From the NCBI GenBank assembly GCA_965116875.1, contig OZ220733.1, positions 3,392,001-3,456,000 on the forward strand: a stretch of 64,000 nucleotides of DNA, written 5' to 3'. Shown here piece by piece: positions 20,412 to 30,136 of the stretch. Position 1 is the first letter of the stretch. Every line of letters starts with the position of its first letter. The translations under genes and the position numbers were made by a program. A model generated the notes under the pieces. It was not told the origin of the DNA. It saw only the letters and a list, made by a program, of their open reading frames with translations, and did no database searches. Source of the stretch: Candidatus Latescibacterota bacterium (GTDB taxonomy: Bacteria > Latescibacterota > UBA2968 > GCA-2709665).

Positions 20412-23297
20412 ATGAAATATGTTCTGCGGTTTCCGGTTCTGTTTTGCCTCGTCCTGTTCGGCGCCTGTGCCGCACCGCAAAAGGCGGCCCCGCCGGAGCC
20501 TGTTGCGCCGCCTCCCCCGCCGAAACTGCCGGTCGATCCGAATCTGACGCGTGGCAGGCTTCCCAACGGCATCCGGTATATCATCCGGGAGAACCAGCGG
20601 CCGGAGAACCGCGCCGAGTTGCGGCTGGTGGTGAACGCGGGTTCGATACTGGAAGACGAGGACCAGCAGGGCCTGGCTCATTTCGTGGAACATATGGCGT
20701 TCAACGGGACCCGGAATTTCCCGAAGCTGGACCTGGTGAATTACCTGGAATCGATCGGCATGCGGTTCGGGCCGGACCTGAACGCGTACACCAGTTTCGA
20801 CGAAACCGTGTACATGCTCCAGGTGCCCACGGACAGCGCGCTGATTGTGACACAGGCGTTTCAGATTCTGGAGGACTGGGCGTCGGGCATCCTGTTTGAG
20901 GCAGAGGAGATCGACAAGGAGCGAGGGGTGGTGATCGAGGAGTGGCGTCTGGGCCGGGGCGCGGGCGCACGGCTGCGGGACAAGCAGTTCCCGATCCTGC
21001 TCAAGGGCTCCCGCTATGCGGAAAGGCTGCCCATCGGGAAGAAGGCCGTGCTGGATACCTTCAGGCACGAGGCGGCGAAGCGGTTCTATCGCGAGTGGTA
21101 CCGCCCGGACCTGATGTCCGTCATCGCCGTGGGCGATTTTGAAACGGCATGGATCGAAGGGCTGATTCAGACGCATTTCGGGCGGATTCCCGCGGCGCGC
21201 CAACCCAGAAAGCGGACGCTGTATCCGCTGCCGGGGCACGAGGAGACCCTGTTCGCCATCGCCACCGATCCGGAGGCGACCAGAACGAACGTTTCCATCT
21301 ATTACAAGCAACCGGTTCGGGAACAGGACTCTGCCGGGGCCTACCGCCAGAACATCGTCGAGTCTCTGTACAACAGGATGCTGAGCGCCAGGTTGCGGGA
21401 AATGACAAAAAAACCCGACGCGCCGTTTCTGTTCGCGTACTCCAGCCAGGGTCGATTCATCCGGACAAGCGAGTTTTACCTGCAGGGCGCCGTCGTCAGA
21501 GAGGGTGGGATTCTGCGGGGGCTGGAGGCCGTACTCACGGAAGCCAGAAGGGTGCGCCTGCACGGGTTTACGCAGTCGGAACTGGAGCGTGAGAAAACCG
21601 AGGCGCTCCGCGGGATGGAGCGCGCTTACGCGGAGCGGGACAAGGTCCGTTCCCGCAGATATGCGTCGAAGTATATCCGGCATTTTCTATCGGGCGAGCC
21701 GATTCCGGGGATCGAGCATGAATACACGATGTTCCAGGAGATGGTCCCGGAAATCCGTCTGACCGAGGTGAACCGCCTCGCCGGCGAGTGGATCACCGGG
21801 CATAACCGCGTCGTTCTGGTCGACGGTCCGGAGAAGCAGGGCGTGACAATGCCCACCGAAGAGGAACTCACGGGGGTCATCGCGCGCGTCGACGAGATGG
21901 AGGTCGAGCCCTACGAAGACGCGGCCCTGGCCCGGCCGCTCGTCGAGACGCCGCCAACGCCCGGCGAAATCGTCGCGGAGAAGAAGATCGCCGAACTGGA
22001 CGTGACCGAATGGACGCTGTCGAACGGTGTGCGCGTCGTGCTGAAGCCGACTGATTTCAAAAACGACGAGGTGCTGTTTTCGGCATTCAGCCCGGGCGGA
22101 CTCGGGCTGGTTTCAGACGAGGACTATCTTGCAGGCGTTACCGCGTCTGCCGTCGTTCAGGAAGGGGGCCTGGGGAGCTTCAACGCGATCGGACTGGAGA
22201 AGAAGCTGGCAGGAAAGGTGGTGCGCGTATCACCCTGGATCCAGGGACTTCGCGAAGGGGTCAGGGGCAGCGCCTCACTGAAGGATCTGGAGACGATGTT
22301 TCAACTGGTCTACCTGACGTTCACTGCGCCGCGCAAGGATCCCGACGCGTTTCTGGCCTACGTGCAGCGCATCCGCGGATCGCTGGAAAACCGCAGCGCC
22401 AGCCCCGCGACAGCCTACGGCGATACGATTCAGGTAACGATGGCGCAGTACCATCACCGTGCGCGGGTCTGGTCGGAAGCGCTTCTGGAAGAAATGAATC
22501 TCGATCGTTCAATCGCGATCTACCGGGACCGGTTCGCCGACGCGAGCGATTTCACGTTCTTCTTCGTCGGCAACATCGAGCTGGAAGGCATCCGACCGCT
22601 GGTAAAGACGTATCTGGGCGGGCTGCCTGCGACGAGGCGAAACGAGTCGTGGCGCGACGTGGGTTTGCGGCCTCCCCGGGGAATTATTGAAAAAACCATC
22701 CACAGGGGCCTGGAACCCAAGAGCAGCAATCGGATCGTCTTCACCGGGCCCTTCGAATGGAGCCGCAGGAACCGTTACAACCTGGCGTCCACAATCGATG
22801 TACTCCGAATCAGGCTTCGTGAGGTTCTGAGAGAGGAAATGGGCGGGACCTATGGCGTGGGCGTGGGCGTGTCCACCTCCCGCTATCCCGAGCAGCGGTA
22901 CCGTATCCGGATCAGCTTCGGCTGCGCGCCCGACAGCGTCGAACAACTCACCCGGGCGGTTTTCGCCCAGATCGACAGTCTCAAGCAGTTCGGCGCATCG
23001 GATACGAATATCGAGAAGGTCCAGGAGGCGGACCGCCGCGCCCGGGAAGCTGCGTTGAAGGAGAACGGGTTCTGGCTGAGATCCCTTTCGTCCAACTACT
23101 GGCATGGCCTGGACCCCGTCGACATTCTGGCTTACGACGAACTGGTGAACGGACTCACGTCAGACGTTGTTCGGGACGCCGCGCGGAAGCATTTCAATAT
23201 GGAGAACTATGCGCGCTTCGTACTCTACCCGGAAACGACGGAGGACGGACCTCGGGACGGGGACACGGGTCCCCCGGACACCACCGACGGGCCCTGA
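20412..23297 (+). CDS. M16 zinc peptidase (PqqL-like), probable lipoprotein
   Basis: Inverted zinc motif HFVEH, NAYTSFDETVY; lipobox-like FGAC. Confidence 0.92.
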   Translation: MKYVLRFPVLFCLVLFGACAAPQKAAPPEPVAPPPPPKLPVDPNLTRGRLPNGIRYIIRENQRPENRAELRLVVNAGSILEDEDQQGLAHFVEHMAFNGTRNFPKLDLVNYLESIGMRFGPDLNAYTSFDETVYMLQVPTDSALIVTQAFQILEDWASGILFEAEEIDKERGVVIEEWRLGRGAGARLRDKQFPILLKGSRYAERLPIGKKAVLDTFRHEAAKRFYREWYRPDLMSVIAVGDFETAWIEGLIQTHFGRIPAARQPRKRTLYPLPGHEETLFAIATDPEATRTNVSIYYKQPVREQDSAGAYRQNIVESLYNRMLSARLREMTKKPDAPFLFAYSSQGRFIRTSEFYLQGAVVREGGILRGLEAVLTEARRVRLHGFTQSELEREKTEALRGMERAYAERDKVRSRRYASKYIRHFLSGEPIPGIEHEYTMFQEMVPEIRLTEVNRLAGEWITGHNRVVLVDGPEKQGVTMPTEEELTGVIARVDEMEVEPYEDAALARPLVETPPTPGEIVAEKKIAELDVTEWTLSNGVRVVLKPTDFKNDEVLFSAFSPGGLGLVSDEDYLAGVTASAVVQEGGLGSFNAIGLEKKLAGKVVRVSPWIQGLREGVRGSASLKDLETMFQLVYLTFTAPRKDPDAFLAYVQRIRGSLENRSASPATAYGDTIQVTMAQYHHRARVWSEALLEEMNLDRSIAIYRDRFADASDFTFFFVGNIELEGIRPLVKTYLGGLPATRRNESWRDVGLRPPRGIIEKTIHRGLEPKSSNRIVFTGPFEWSRRNRYNLASTIDVLRIRLREVLREEMGGTYGVGVGVSTSRYPEQRYRIRISFGCAPDSVEQLTRAVFAQIDSLKQFGASDTNIEKVQEADRRAREAALKENGFWLRSLSSNYWHGLDPVDILAYDELVNGLTSDVVRDAARKHFNMENYARFVLYPETTEDGPRDGDTGPPDTTDGP

Positions 23298-23330
23298 CCG
23301 CCTTCGGGACCTCTACCCCGGCCCCACAGA

Positions 23331-23449
23331 AGCGGGTAGACGTTAGACGGGAGAGATTACCTGCCTTGTGAGGATTTCCTTCGCGCCGAAGGCAAGGAGG
23401 GAAAACATCCCGGGCAAGGATTTCTTCTACCGTCTCGCCTCTACCGTCT
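23331..23449. repeat. Left part of an intergenic inverted-repeat element interrupted by the IS (continues at 25028-25056)
   Basis: Aligns by eye with 50820-50983 (GCGGGTAGACG..AGACG...GGCAAG...GGCAA...TTCTTCTACCGTCT). Confidence 0.7.
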
Positions 23450-23744
23450 ACTATGTTAAAAGTCAAGAGAAAACGACCATATGTTGGCCTCAGATGCTGG
23501 GGTTACTCTACCATTATGCGTACCTATGCGACGCGTTCATTCTGACACGCTCGTCGAGCGTGTCAGAATGAACGAAATAAACGTCATTGAGGCCTGAATG
23601 GTTCCCTGCCGCACGACAGCAGTAGGGACCAGGCGTACGGTGTTCTCTGTTGGATGGCCTCAGATGCTGGGGCAACGCTACCAATCTACTATTCGTAGTC
23701 GCCTGGTGCAGGCGCTGACATGTCATTTATCCGGAGCCGTGCGA

Positions 23745-23817
23745 TAGGGGACGGGGCGTGCAAACTTCACTTACGTAGTACCCTGTGGGTCTACAAGACG
23801 GTAGGCGCCGTCCCCTG
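23745..23817 (-). ncRNA. Predicted bridge/seek RNA target-binding loop in the IS 3' end
   Basis: Outer stem 23745-58/23806-17, inner hairpin 23775-94; loop strand 23795-804 reads CUACCGUCUU on minus, identical to target CTACCGTCTT; transcript boundaries unknown. Confidence 0.7.
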
Positions 23818-23869
23818 TACTCCGCGATCAAAAGCGGTGCGTGCGCAGGCATCTGTTGCGACCGTGTGT

Positions 23870-24940
23870 TCACCCGGCGATGAGGCCCAGCTGATAGGGC
23901 TCTCCATTCAGCAGGATCCTGCGCATACGGCCCACCAGGATTCTGGCAACACCGACGATGGCGCGTTTGCCACCGGCACGCACCTTCAAGTGTTCGTATT
24001 TTTCCTGCATCGCGGGATCTTTCTCGATCAGGCGCCAGGCCGCCTGGGTAAGTAACGCACGTACAATGGGCTTTCCCTGGCGGGTGATGCGCCCGTGCCT
24101 CACGTGCTCGCCCGACGAGTGCTGGCCGGGCGTCAGCCCCACGTAGGCCGCCAGCGCATCTGCGTTCTTGAAGCGCGCCACATCCTGCAGTTCCAGGAGG
24201 ATCTCCATGGCAGACAAGCATCCCACGCCCGGGATCGACGTCAGGATCGCCACCCGATCCCGATACGTGTCTGTTTGCGCAAGCTCCCACAGCATTTTCG
24301 TCTGGCGCCCCACCAGTTCACACAGATCATCGTATTGTTCCAGCATGTTCTCGAAGCTTTCCTGCGCACACGGCTCCCCCAGGTCCACACCACGCAGTGC
24401 GGTCACGAACTTGTCAGACCACGTCCCTCTGGATTCTTCGTGCACATACAAACCCATATACCGCAGTTCGGCCTTGATCCGTAGTTGTACACGCACCCGA
24501 TCCTTGATGAACTGCCGGCGGCGACGACTCACCTGGCGGTGGCACCGCTCTTCATGCGTCGGCACATAGATCGATGTCAGAAGGCCTGTCCTCAGATAAT
24601 CCGCCAGCTTGAAGCTGTCGATGGGATCCGTCTTGACCCGATTCCCACTCTGGCTCGGGATCAGGCTCGGCGGCGTCACCGAAGCAGACACACCCATATC
24701 GACAAGAAAATCATATAACCAGAAACCGAAATAACCGGCTTCATACACCGCAAAGATCTCTTTCGCTTCGCCATAACGACTCAACACCTTATCGATCGCC
24801 TCTGCTGTGCCTGCGATGCGATTGGAGAACAGTCGCAACCCATCCTCGTTGAGAATCGTCACGTGCCACTGCTTGAGATGCATGTCGATGCCCACGAAAA
24901 GATCCTTGCCATCCCACGCTTCAACGGTATACCTTGCCAT
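23870..24940 (-). CDS. IS110 DEDD recombinase/transposase (356 aa)
   Basis: FVGIDMH, YEAG, KTDPIDS (RuvC-like DEDD), SIPGVG, YVGLTP.QHSSG (Tnp serine), RITRQG; AAGGAGG RBS. Confidence 0.96.
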   Translation of the reverse strand: MARYTVEAWDGKDLFVGIDMHLKQWHVTILNEDGLRLFSNRIAGTAEAIDKVLSRYGEAKEIFAVYEAGYFGFWLYDFLVDMGVSASVTPPSLIPSQSGNRVKTDPIDSFKLADYLRTGLLTSIYVPTHEERCHRQVSRRRRQFIKDRVRVQLRIKAELRYMGLYVHEESRGTWSDKFVTALRGVDLGEPCAQESFENMLEQYDDLCELVGRQTKMLWELAQTDTYRDRVAILTSIPGVGCLSAMEILLELQDVARFKNADALAAYVGLTPGQHSSGEHVRHGRITRQGKPIVRALLTQAAWRLIEKDPAMQEKYEHLKVRAGGKRAIVGVARILVGRMRRILLNGEPYQLGLIAG

Positions 24941-25175
24941 CACGAGCCTCCTTGTGAAAGTGTTTGTTACGGGCAAAGGCAAAGTATACTCTCACAAGCT
25001 GAGGCTCAACTCATTTTAACATAGTGACTTCCCTCTTATCTCTACCCGCATTCCGGCTTTTTTGGCCAATATGTTTTTTTTCAATTGAGGTCTAATTGCA
25101 GCGAAGTCCCGGCGTGTCCAGATGCCGGGACTCGTCTTTGATGTGTGAACGCGATCGCTGACGGAGGGGCAATCG

Positions 25176-26210
25176 ATGGCGAGATTCGCACGGGCCGGGG
25201 ACGTAAAGACAGGGGTGGTCGGATACGGCGCGGCCTTCGATATGGGTCCGCGCCACCTGTCGGATATGCGGAAGGCGGGGATGACGCCCTGCGCGGTCGC
25301 GGAGACGGATCCGGAACGGCTGGACGCGGCGGGTCAGGATTTCCCCGGTATCGAATTGTATCCGACCGTCGGGGAGATGTTGAATACGTCGGCCGTGAAT
25401 CTGGTGGTGTTGATTACGCCGCACAATACCCACGCGGATCTGGCCCTGCAGTGCCTCCGTGGGGGACGCCACGTCATCAGCGAAAAGCCTATCGCCATTA
25501 CGACAGAAGAATGCGACGCCATGATTCGCGAAGCCGCTTCGCGGGACCTGCTGGTCACCGCGTACCATAACCGGCATTGGGACGGCTGTGTCCTGGAAGC
25601 GTTGAAGCATCTTCACGAGGAGAGGGCGATCGGCGAGATCTACCGCATCGACGCCCGGATCGGCGGATACGGTCATCCGGGGGACTGGTGGCGGAGCAGC
25701 CGGTCGATTTCCGGGGGCGTCATGTACGATTGGGGGGTACACCTGCTGGAGTACGGGCTCCAGATTATCCCCTCGGATATCGTCGAGGTCTCCGGGTTCG
25801 CAAAGACGGGCTTCTGGGCCGGCGAAACGCCGTGGAAAGACGATACGAACGAAGACGTGGCGTGCGCGGTGGTCCGGTTCGAAAACGGCGCGTGGCTGAG
25901 CCTGACGGTTTCCTCGCTCGAGAGCAATCCCAGACAGGGGCAACTGGAGATCTCGGGTACGGAAGGCAGTTATGTCTTCGACGGACGCAGCTACGAATTG
26001 ATCCGGCAGCAGGGAGACGATAAGGTGGTGACGAAGGGCGCCAACATGCCCAGTCGCTGGGAGGCGTTCTACGACAATATCGCCCGGCACCTGAGTGAAG
26101 ATGAAACCCTGGTGATTACGCCCGAATGGGCCAGGCGCCCGATCCACGTACTGGACCTCGCCGCGAAGAGCGCGAAACAGGGACAGGCGATGAAGGCCCG
26201 GTATAGATAG
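25176..26210 (+). CDS. Gfo/Idh/MocA oxidoreductase
   Basis: GVVGYG, TPHNTH, EKP, HNRHWD, GG.MYDWGVH. Confidence 0.9.
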   Translation: MARFARAGDVKTGVVGYGAAFDMGPRHLSDMRKAGMTPCAVAETDPERLDAAGQDFPGIELYPTVGEMLNTSAVNLVVLITPHNTHADLALQCLRGGRHVISEKPIAITTEECDAMIREAASRDLLVTAYHNRHWDGCVLEALKHLHEERAIGEIYRIDARIGGYGHPGDWWRSSRSISGGVMYDWGVHLLEYGLQIIPSDIVEVSGFAKTGFWAGETPWKDDTNEDVACAVVRFENGAWLSLTVSSLESNPRQGQLEISGTEGSYVFDGRSYELIRQQGDDKVVTKGANMPSRWEAFYDNIARHLSEDETLVITPEWARRPIHVLDLAAKSAKQGQAMKARYR

Positions 26211-26220
26211 GGGACCCGCG

Positions 26221-27543
26221 ATGAAGAAGGATACCCGGAACTCGTTCTGCACCGTCCCGTCGGTGCACCCGCCGCCCGACGTGACCCGCATGCAGGGTTA
26301 TGCCTCGCGACTGAGCGCATCGCCGGACGACAATATCGCGTTTCGGATGACCACGAATGCGCACACGTACGACGTGGCGTTCAAGCGTGTGGGCAAGACC
26401 GCTGTGGAGATCGGTGAGTTGAAGGGGATGCACGGAAGGATGCAAGCCTGTCCCGAGAGAGCGTGGGAAAACGGCTGCGACTGGGAGTCCGACTTTTTCT
26501 GGATTGTTCCGGAAGAAACCCGTTCCTGGATCTATACGGCGGAGTTTACGGATGAAAACGGCGTGAGGTTTCACGTACCGTTCGTCGTCAAACCCTATTT
26601 CCACCGGAAGGGTGACGTCGCGGTGCTTGCCTCCACGAATACGTGGAACGCATACAACGGATGGGGGGGCAAATCGGCCTACAGCGAGCCACAGCCCGTG
26701 ACGCTGAGCCTGGATCGTCCCATGCCCTCCGCGACCCCGGAAGGCGAGGGCAGAAGCCACCTGCTGAGGGCCGAGATGTGGATCCTGGACTGGATGGAGG
26801 CGTGCGGTTACGCGGTGGACGTCTATTCGGACCTCGATCTGCATCGGGGATGGGACTGGCTTGCCGATTACAGGGCTCTGGTGATCAATACGCACAGCGA
26901 ATACTGGTCCGGGCCGATGCGGGACCATCTGGATGCCTTTCTGGACTCGGGAGGGAGTCTGCTCTATCTGTCGGGAAACGGGGTTTACTGGAAGGTGACG
27001 TGGGATTCGACCTGCCGCATCATGGAAGTCCGCAAGGACGGGAAGCCGCATTACCAGAACGGCGAAGAGGGCGGGCTCTGGCGAAACCTGGGCCAGCCCG
27101 AGCACGCGGCGCTGGGTGTGGGCTATGTACGACCGGGATATATGACGTTTGCGCCCTATAAGGTCGAATCGGCCTCGCACTGGGTTTTCGAGGGTCTGGG
27201 ACTCGAGACCGGCGATCTGATCGGCCGGGAAGGCATCAACGGCGGCGCGGCAAGCGGTTGGGAGGCGGACCAGGTGCGGGAAGACTGGTCTCCCGAGAAT
27301 GTCACCGTGCTGGCGCGGGGAATCAACCCGCTGGACTTCATGGGTCCGGGAAAGACCGCGGTCTACCCGGACGAAAGATACGATTGGGATGGATCGGGCG
27401 GCGCTCACATGACGTATTACGACCATCCGGGCGGTGGCGGTGTCTTCTCGGTGGGGTCCATCGCCTTTGGAGGCAGCCTGGTCGTCGATCCGATTCTGCA
27501 GAGGACCGTGAGAAACGTGCTCGACCGGTTTCTCAGCCCATAA
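26221..27543 (+). CDS. N,N-dimethylformamidase large-subunit-like protein
   Basis: TNTWNAYNGWGGKS.Y, SLDRP, HSEYWS, LSGN, GWEAD, VFSVGSI. Confidence 0.8.
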   Translation: MKKDTRNSFCTVPSVHPPPDVTRMQGYASRLSASPDDNIAFRMTTNAHTYDVAFKRVGKTAVEIGELKGMHGRMQACPERAWENGCDWESDFFWIVPEETRSWIYTAEFTDENGVRFHVPFVVKPYFHRKGDVAVLASTNTWNAYNGWGGKSAYSEPQPVTLSLDRPMPSATPEGEGRSHLLRAEMWILDWMEACGYAVDVYSDLDLHRGWDWLADYRALVINTHSEYWSGPMRDHLDAFLDSGGSLLYLSGNGVYWKVTWDSTCRIMEVRKDGKPHYQNGEEGGLWRNLGQPEHAALGVGYVRPGYMTFAPYKVESASHWVFEGLGLETGDLIGREGINGGAASGWEADQVREDWSPENVTVLARGINPLDFMGPGKTAVYPDERYDWDGSGGAHMTYYDHPGGGGVFSVGSIAFGGSLVVDPILQRTVRNVLDRFLSP

Positions 27544-27554
27544 AAGGCGGGTCA

Positions 27555-28442
27555 ATGGAGGACGCAAAGATGACGGCGCGATACGATCTTCATCTGCACA
27601 CGTATTGGAGCTACGATGCCCTGGCGAGGCCGGAGAGCCATTTCAGACGCGCCAGGGAACTCGGGGTGGATTGCTTCACCATAACGGACCACCACGTGCT
27701 GGACTCGCTGCCGGAGGTGCTGGAGATCACTTCGGGCTATCCGGAGATACGGGTCGTACCCTCGGCTGAACTGACCATGACCACGTCGATCGGGTCTGTG
27801 GACCTGCTGTGCTATGGCTTTCCCGCGGAACTGCCCGCGTCGATGGTTCAGGTACTCGAGGCGTATCACGACTGGCAGCGGGACTACGGTTCGGCGATAT
27901 CGGCCGGTCTGCAGGCGATCGGACTGGATTTCTCCGATGCCGACCGGCTCGATCTGTTGAACTCGTACAGACCGTCGAAGACGATCGAGGTACAGGGAAA
28001 TACGCACGTCAAGGGCGGCGTCATCCAGCGGTACTGCGTGGAGCGGGGGTTTATCGACAGCATCGAGGACTATGGGGACCTGATGGCCAGCGCCGGCGCG
28101 GCGATCCGGTTTCCGCCGTACCCACACGTGAAGGATGCGATGCCGGCCGTCAAGGAGGCGGGCGCGCTGGTGGCGATCGCGCACCCGTTCGGCTATTTCA
28201 GGGAAGACGACGTGGAACGGATGGATGCGCTCCGCGTGGAATGTTCGCTGGACGGGATCGAGTGCGCCCACCCCAGCGTGCCGCCGGAGTTTACGGCGAA
28301 ATACCGGGAATATTGCGAACGCCACGGGATGTTCTCCACAGGCGGGTCCGATTGTCATACCGATGAGGACGTGGAGAAGGGTTTCGCCGGCCACGGAGGC
28401 CCGGATGAATGGCTGGACGAGTTTCTGAATCGGCTGGATTGA
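27555..28442 (+). CDS. PHP-domain metallohydrolase
   Basis: DLHLHT, ITDH, AHP, TGGSDCH. Confidence 0.88.
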   Translation: MEDAKMTARYDLHLHTYWSYDALARPESHFRRARELGVDCFTITDHHVLDSLPEVLEITSGYPEIRVVPSAELTMTTSIGSVDLLCYGFPAELPASMVQVLEAYHDWQRDYGSAISAGLQAIGLDFSDADRLDLLNSYRPSKTIEVQGNTHVKGGVIQRYCVERGFIDSIEDYGDLMASAGAAIRFPPYPHVKDAMPAVKEAGALVAIAHPFGYFREDDVERMDALRVECSLDGIECAHPSVPPEFTAKYREYCERHGMFSTGGSDCHTDEDVEKGFAGHGGPDEWLDEFLNRLD

Positions 28443-28872
28443 GATGTCGTGTTGGCAGGAATGAAAAAGGGTCCGTTGTTAACACGTAGAAACCGCGAGC
28501 GCTTAATCGTAGCAATTTCCTCCCCTGTTACAGCGGAGTACGTTGTTACTTGCAAGTTGCTCCTAATAACAATCGCCCCGTCGCAGCCATTCAACGCTTC
28601 GACAACCTCACACGACGATGTAACGCATCGACCTTTTCTGGCATACCTCCAAAGTCAGGTGTTGTCGGCACCCCGCTACGGTTCCTTCAAAAACGACAGC
28701 TGCCGCGCAGTGAGCACGGCAGCTTTTCCTCATAAACAATGAACAACGGACGCCCTGGTTCATTCTATAAATTGCGACAAATTTGCTCCAGGATCCCGTT
28801 TTATCCCAACTGGCCTCAAATGGACAATCGGTCGCCAATAGGAGAAATTTTAATTGATGGCCTGTTTGCGCC

Positions 28873-29340
28873 TCAATCGGTTTTGTCTTCATCGAGCAAT
28901 AGAGATGAACCTGTGATCTGCGCCTCTTCACCGATAGGCAAATCAAACATGACTTCGTAACCTTCCTTGATTGAGATGCTTGACCATGCACCTATCTGGC
29001 TGCCGTTCGCCGTTGCTCTAATAAGATAACGACCTGATACATTGTTGCCTGACGCAACCTCTATACGCGCTTGACCGTTTTCATCGGTGGTTGCGGACCA
29101 TACATTATTGACGGCTTGCGTTGCTGCAGTACGGGAGAGTTCTATTCTTGTACTGCCCACCGGAATGTCGCGTTTTCGCACTGTAACGACCGCGATACCC
29201 CGTGGGGTGCTCTTGCTTTCCTGCATTGAGTTTACGTTTCTCCTGGTTATCTCTGGTTGCATCCAGGTACAGGATCCCTGACAAGAACCCAGCGATAACA
29301 TGATCAGGAGTGCTATTATTCTTCGTATATTCGTGAACAT
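28873..29340 (-). CDS. Hypothetical lipoprotein in lower-GC islet
   Basis: Signal peptide with LGSC lipobox; GAGGAG RBS; TTDENGQARI prealbumin-like motif. Confidence 0.65.
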   Translation of the reverse strand: MFTNIRRIIALLIMLSLGSCQGSCTWMQPEITRRNVNSMQESKSTPRGIAVVTVRKRDIPVGSTRIELSRTAATQAVNNVWSATTDENGQARIEVASGNNVSGRYLIRATANGSQIGAWSSISIKEGYEVMFDLPIGEEAQITGSSLLLDEDKTD

Positions 29341-30136
29341 TTTAACTCTCCTCAGAAGTAGACAAACCCACGATTGATACAGGTGGCGACTTTAGATGGG
29401 ATTATTCCAGAAAGCAGAACACTTTGCTAGCGTTTGAGTCACGTCAAACTGCCACTTGGGGAGGCTGACTGTCAACAATGAGAAAGTGAATGCATTGTGC
29501 TGTCAGTACTTCCAAATTGTTCGCCCGAAATTGACCGCGAGGCCATCGAATCCGTGTCGGAATTCTCCCGAATTATCCCTCTCCGAATCTCGGCGGCTCA
29601 CCGCATCGAAACTCACACAGCGGAAAATACAGGTTGAATCATGCGCGGCATCGAAACCCATCAACAAAAAACGCCTCAGAGAGCCTGCTGGAATTGTCTA
29701 CCCTGATTGAAATGGGTCACCAGGAATGTTTTGGATGAACTCGTTGGCCTTAACAAATATATCACCCCAAACTCAAAAAGATCAAGTCCTTAGTTTTGTT
29801 CTATCGTCCGAAATTTGTCCCAGAGTCCATAATGTCTGCTCAGAGTGTGATTACATAACAATCAGAATCTCCGGTCGCCGCGAATTCCGCTGTTGGTACA
29901 TCAGCATCTTTAACTCCATTTCTTCCGGATCCAGTACCTCGCGCAGGGGTACGGCACAGGTTGTCCTCTTTCCGGATACCAACCTCGATTCCGCATGTCC
30001 TGGCTTTTTTCGCTGAAATCCGGCCGGAAGTCCAACGGCGAATCGATGTTGAATGTCGAAGATACGTGAAGTCACAGGATGCGAGCAGTGCAGGAGCCCA
30101 ACGGATCGAACGTAATGCCGGGGAGTGCAATTGCCA

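Larger units (their letters stand above)
23450..25027 (-). mobile_element. Complete IS110-family element, IS1111 subtype (1578 bp, CT core on both sides)
   Basis: IRs ACTATGTTAAAA 23450-23461 and TTTTAACATAGT 25014-25025; CT at 23448-49 and 25028-29; short 5' end and ~420-bp 3' non-coding end. Confidence 0.92.
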
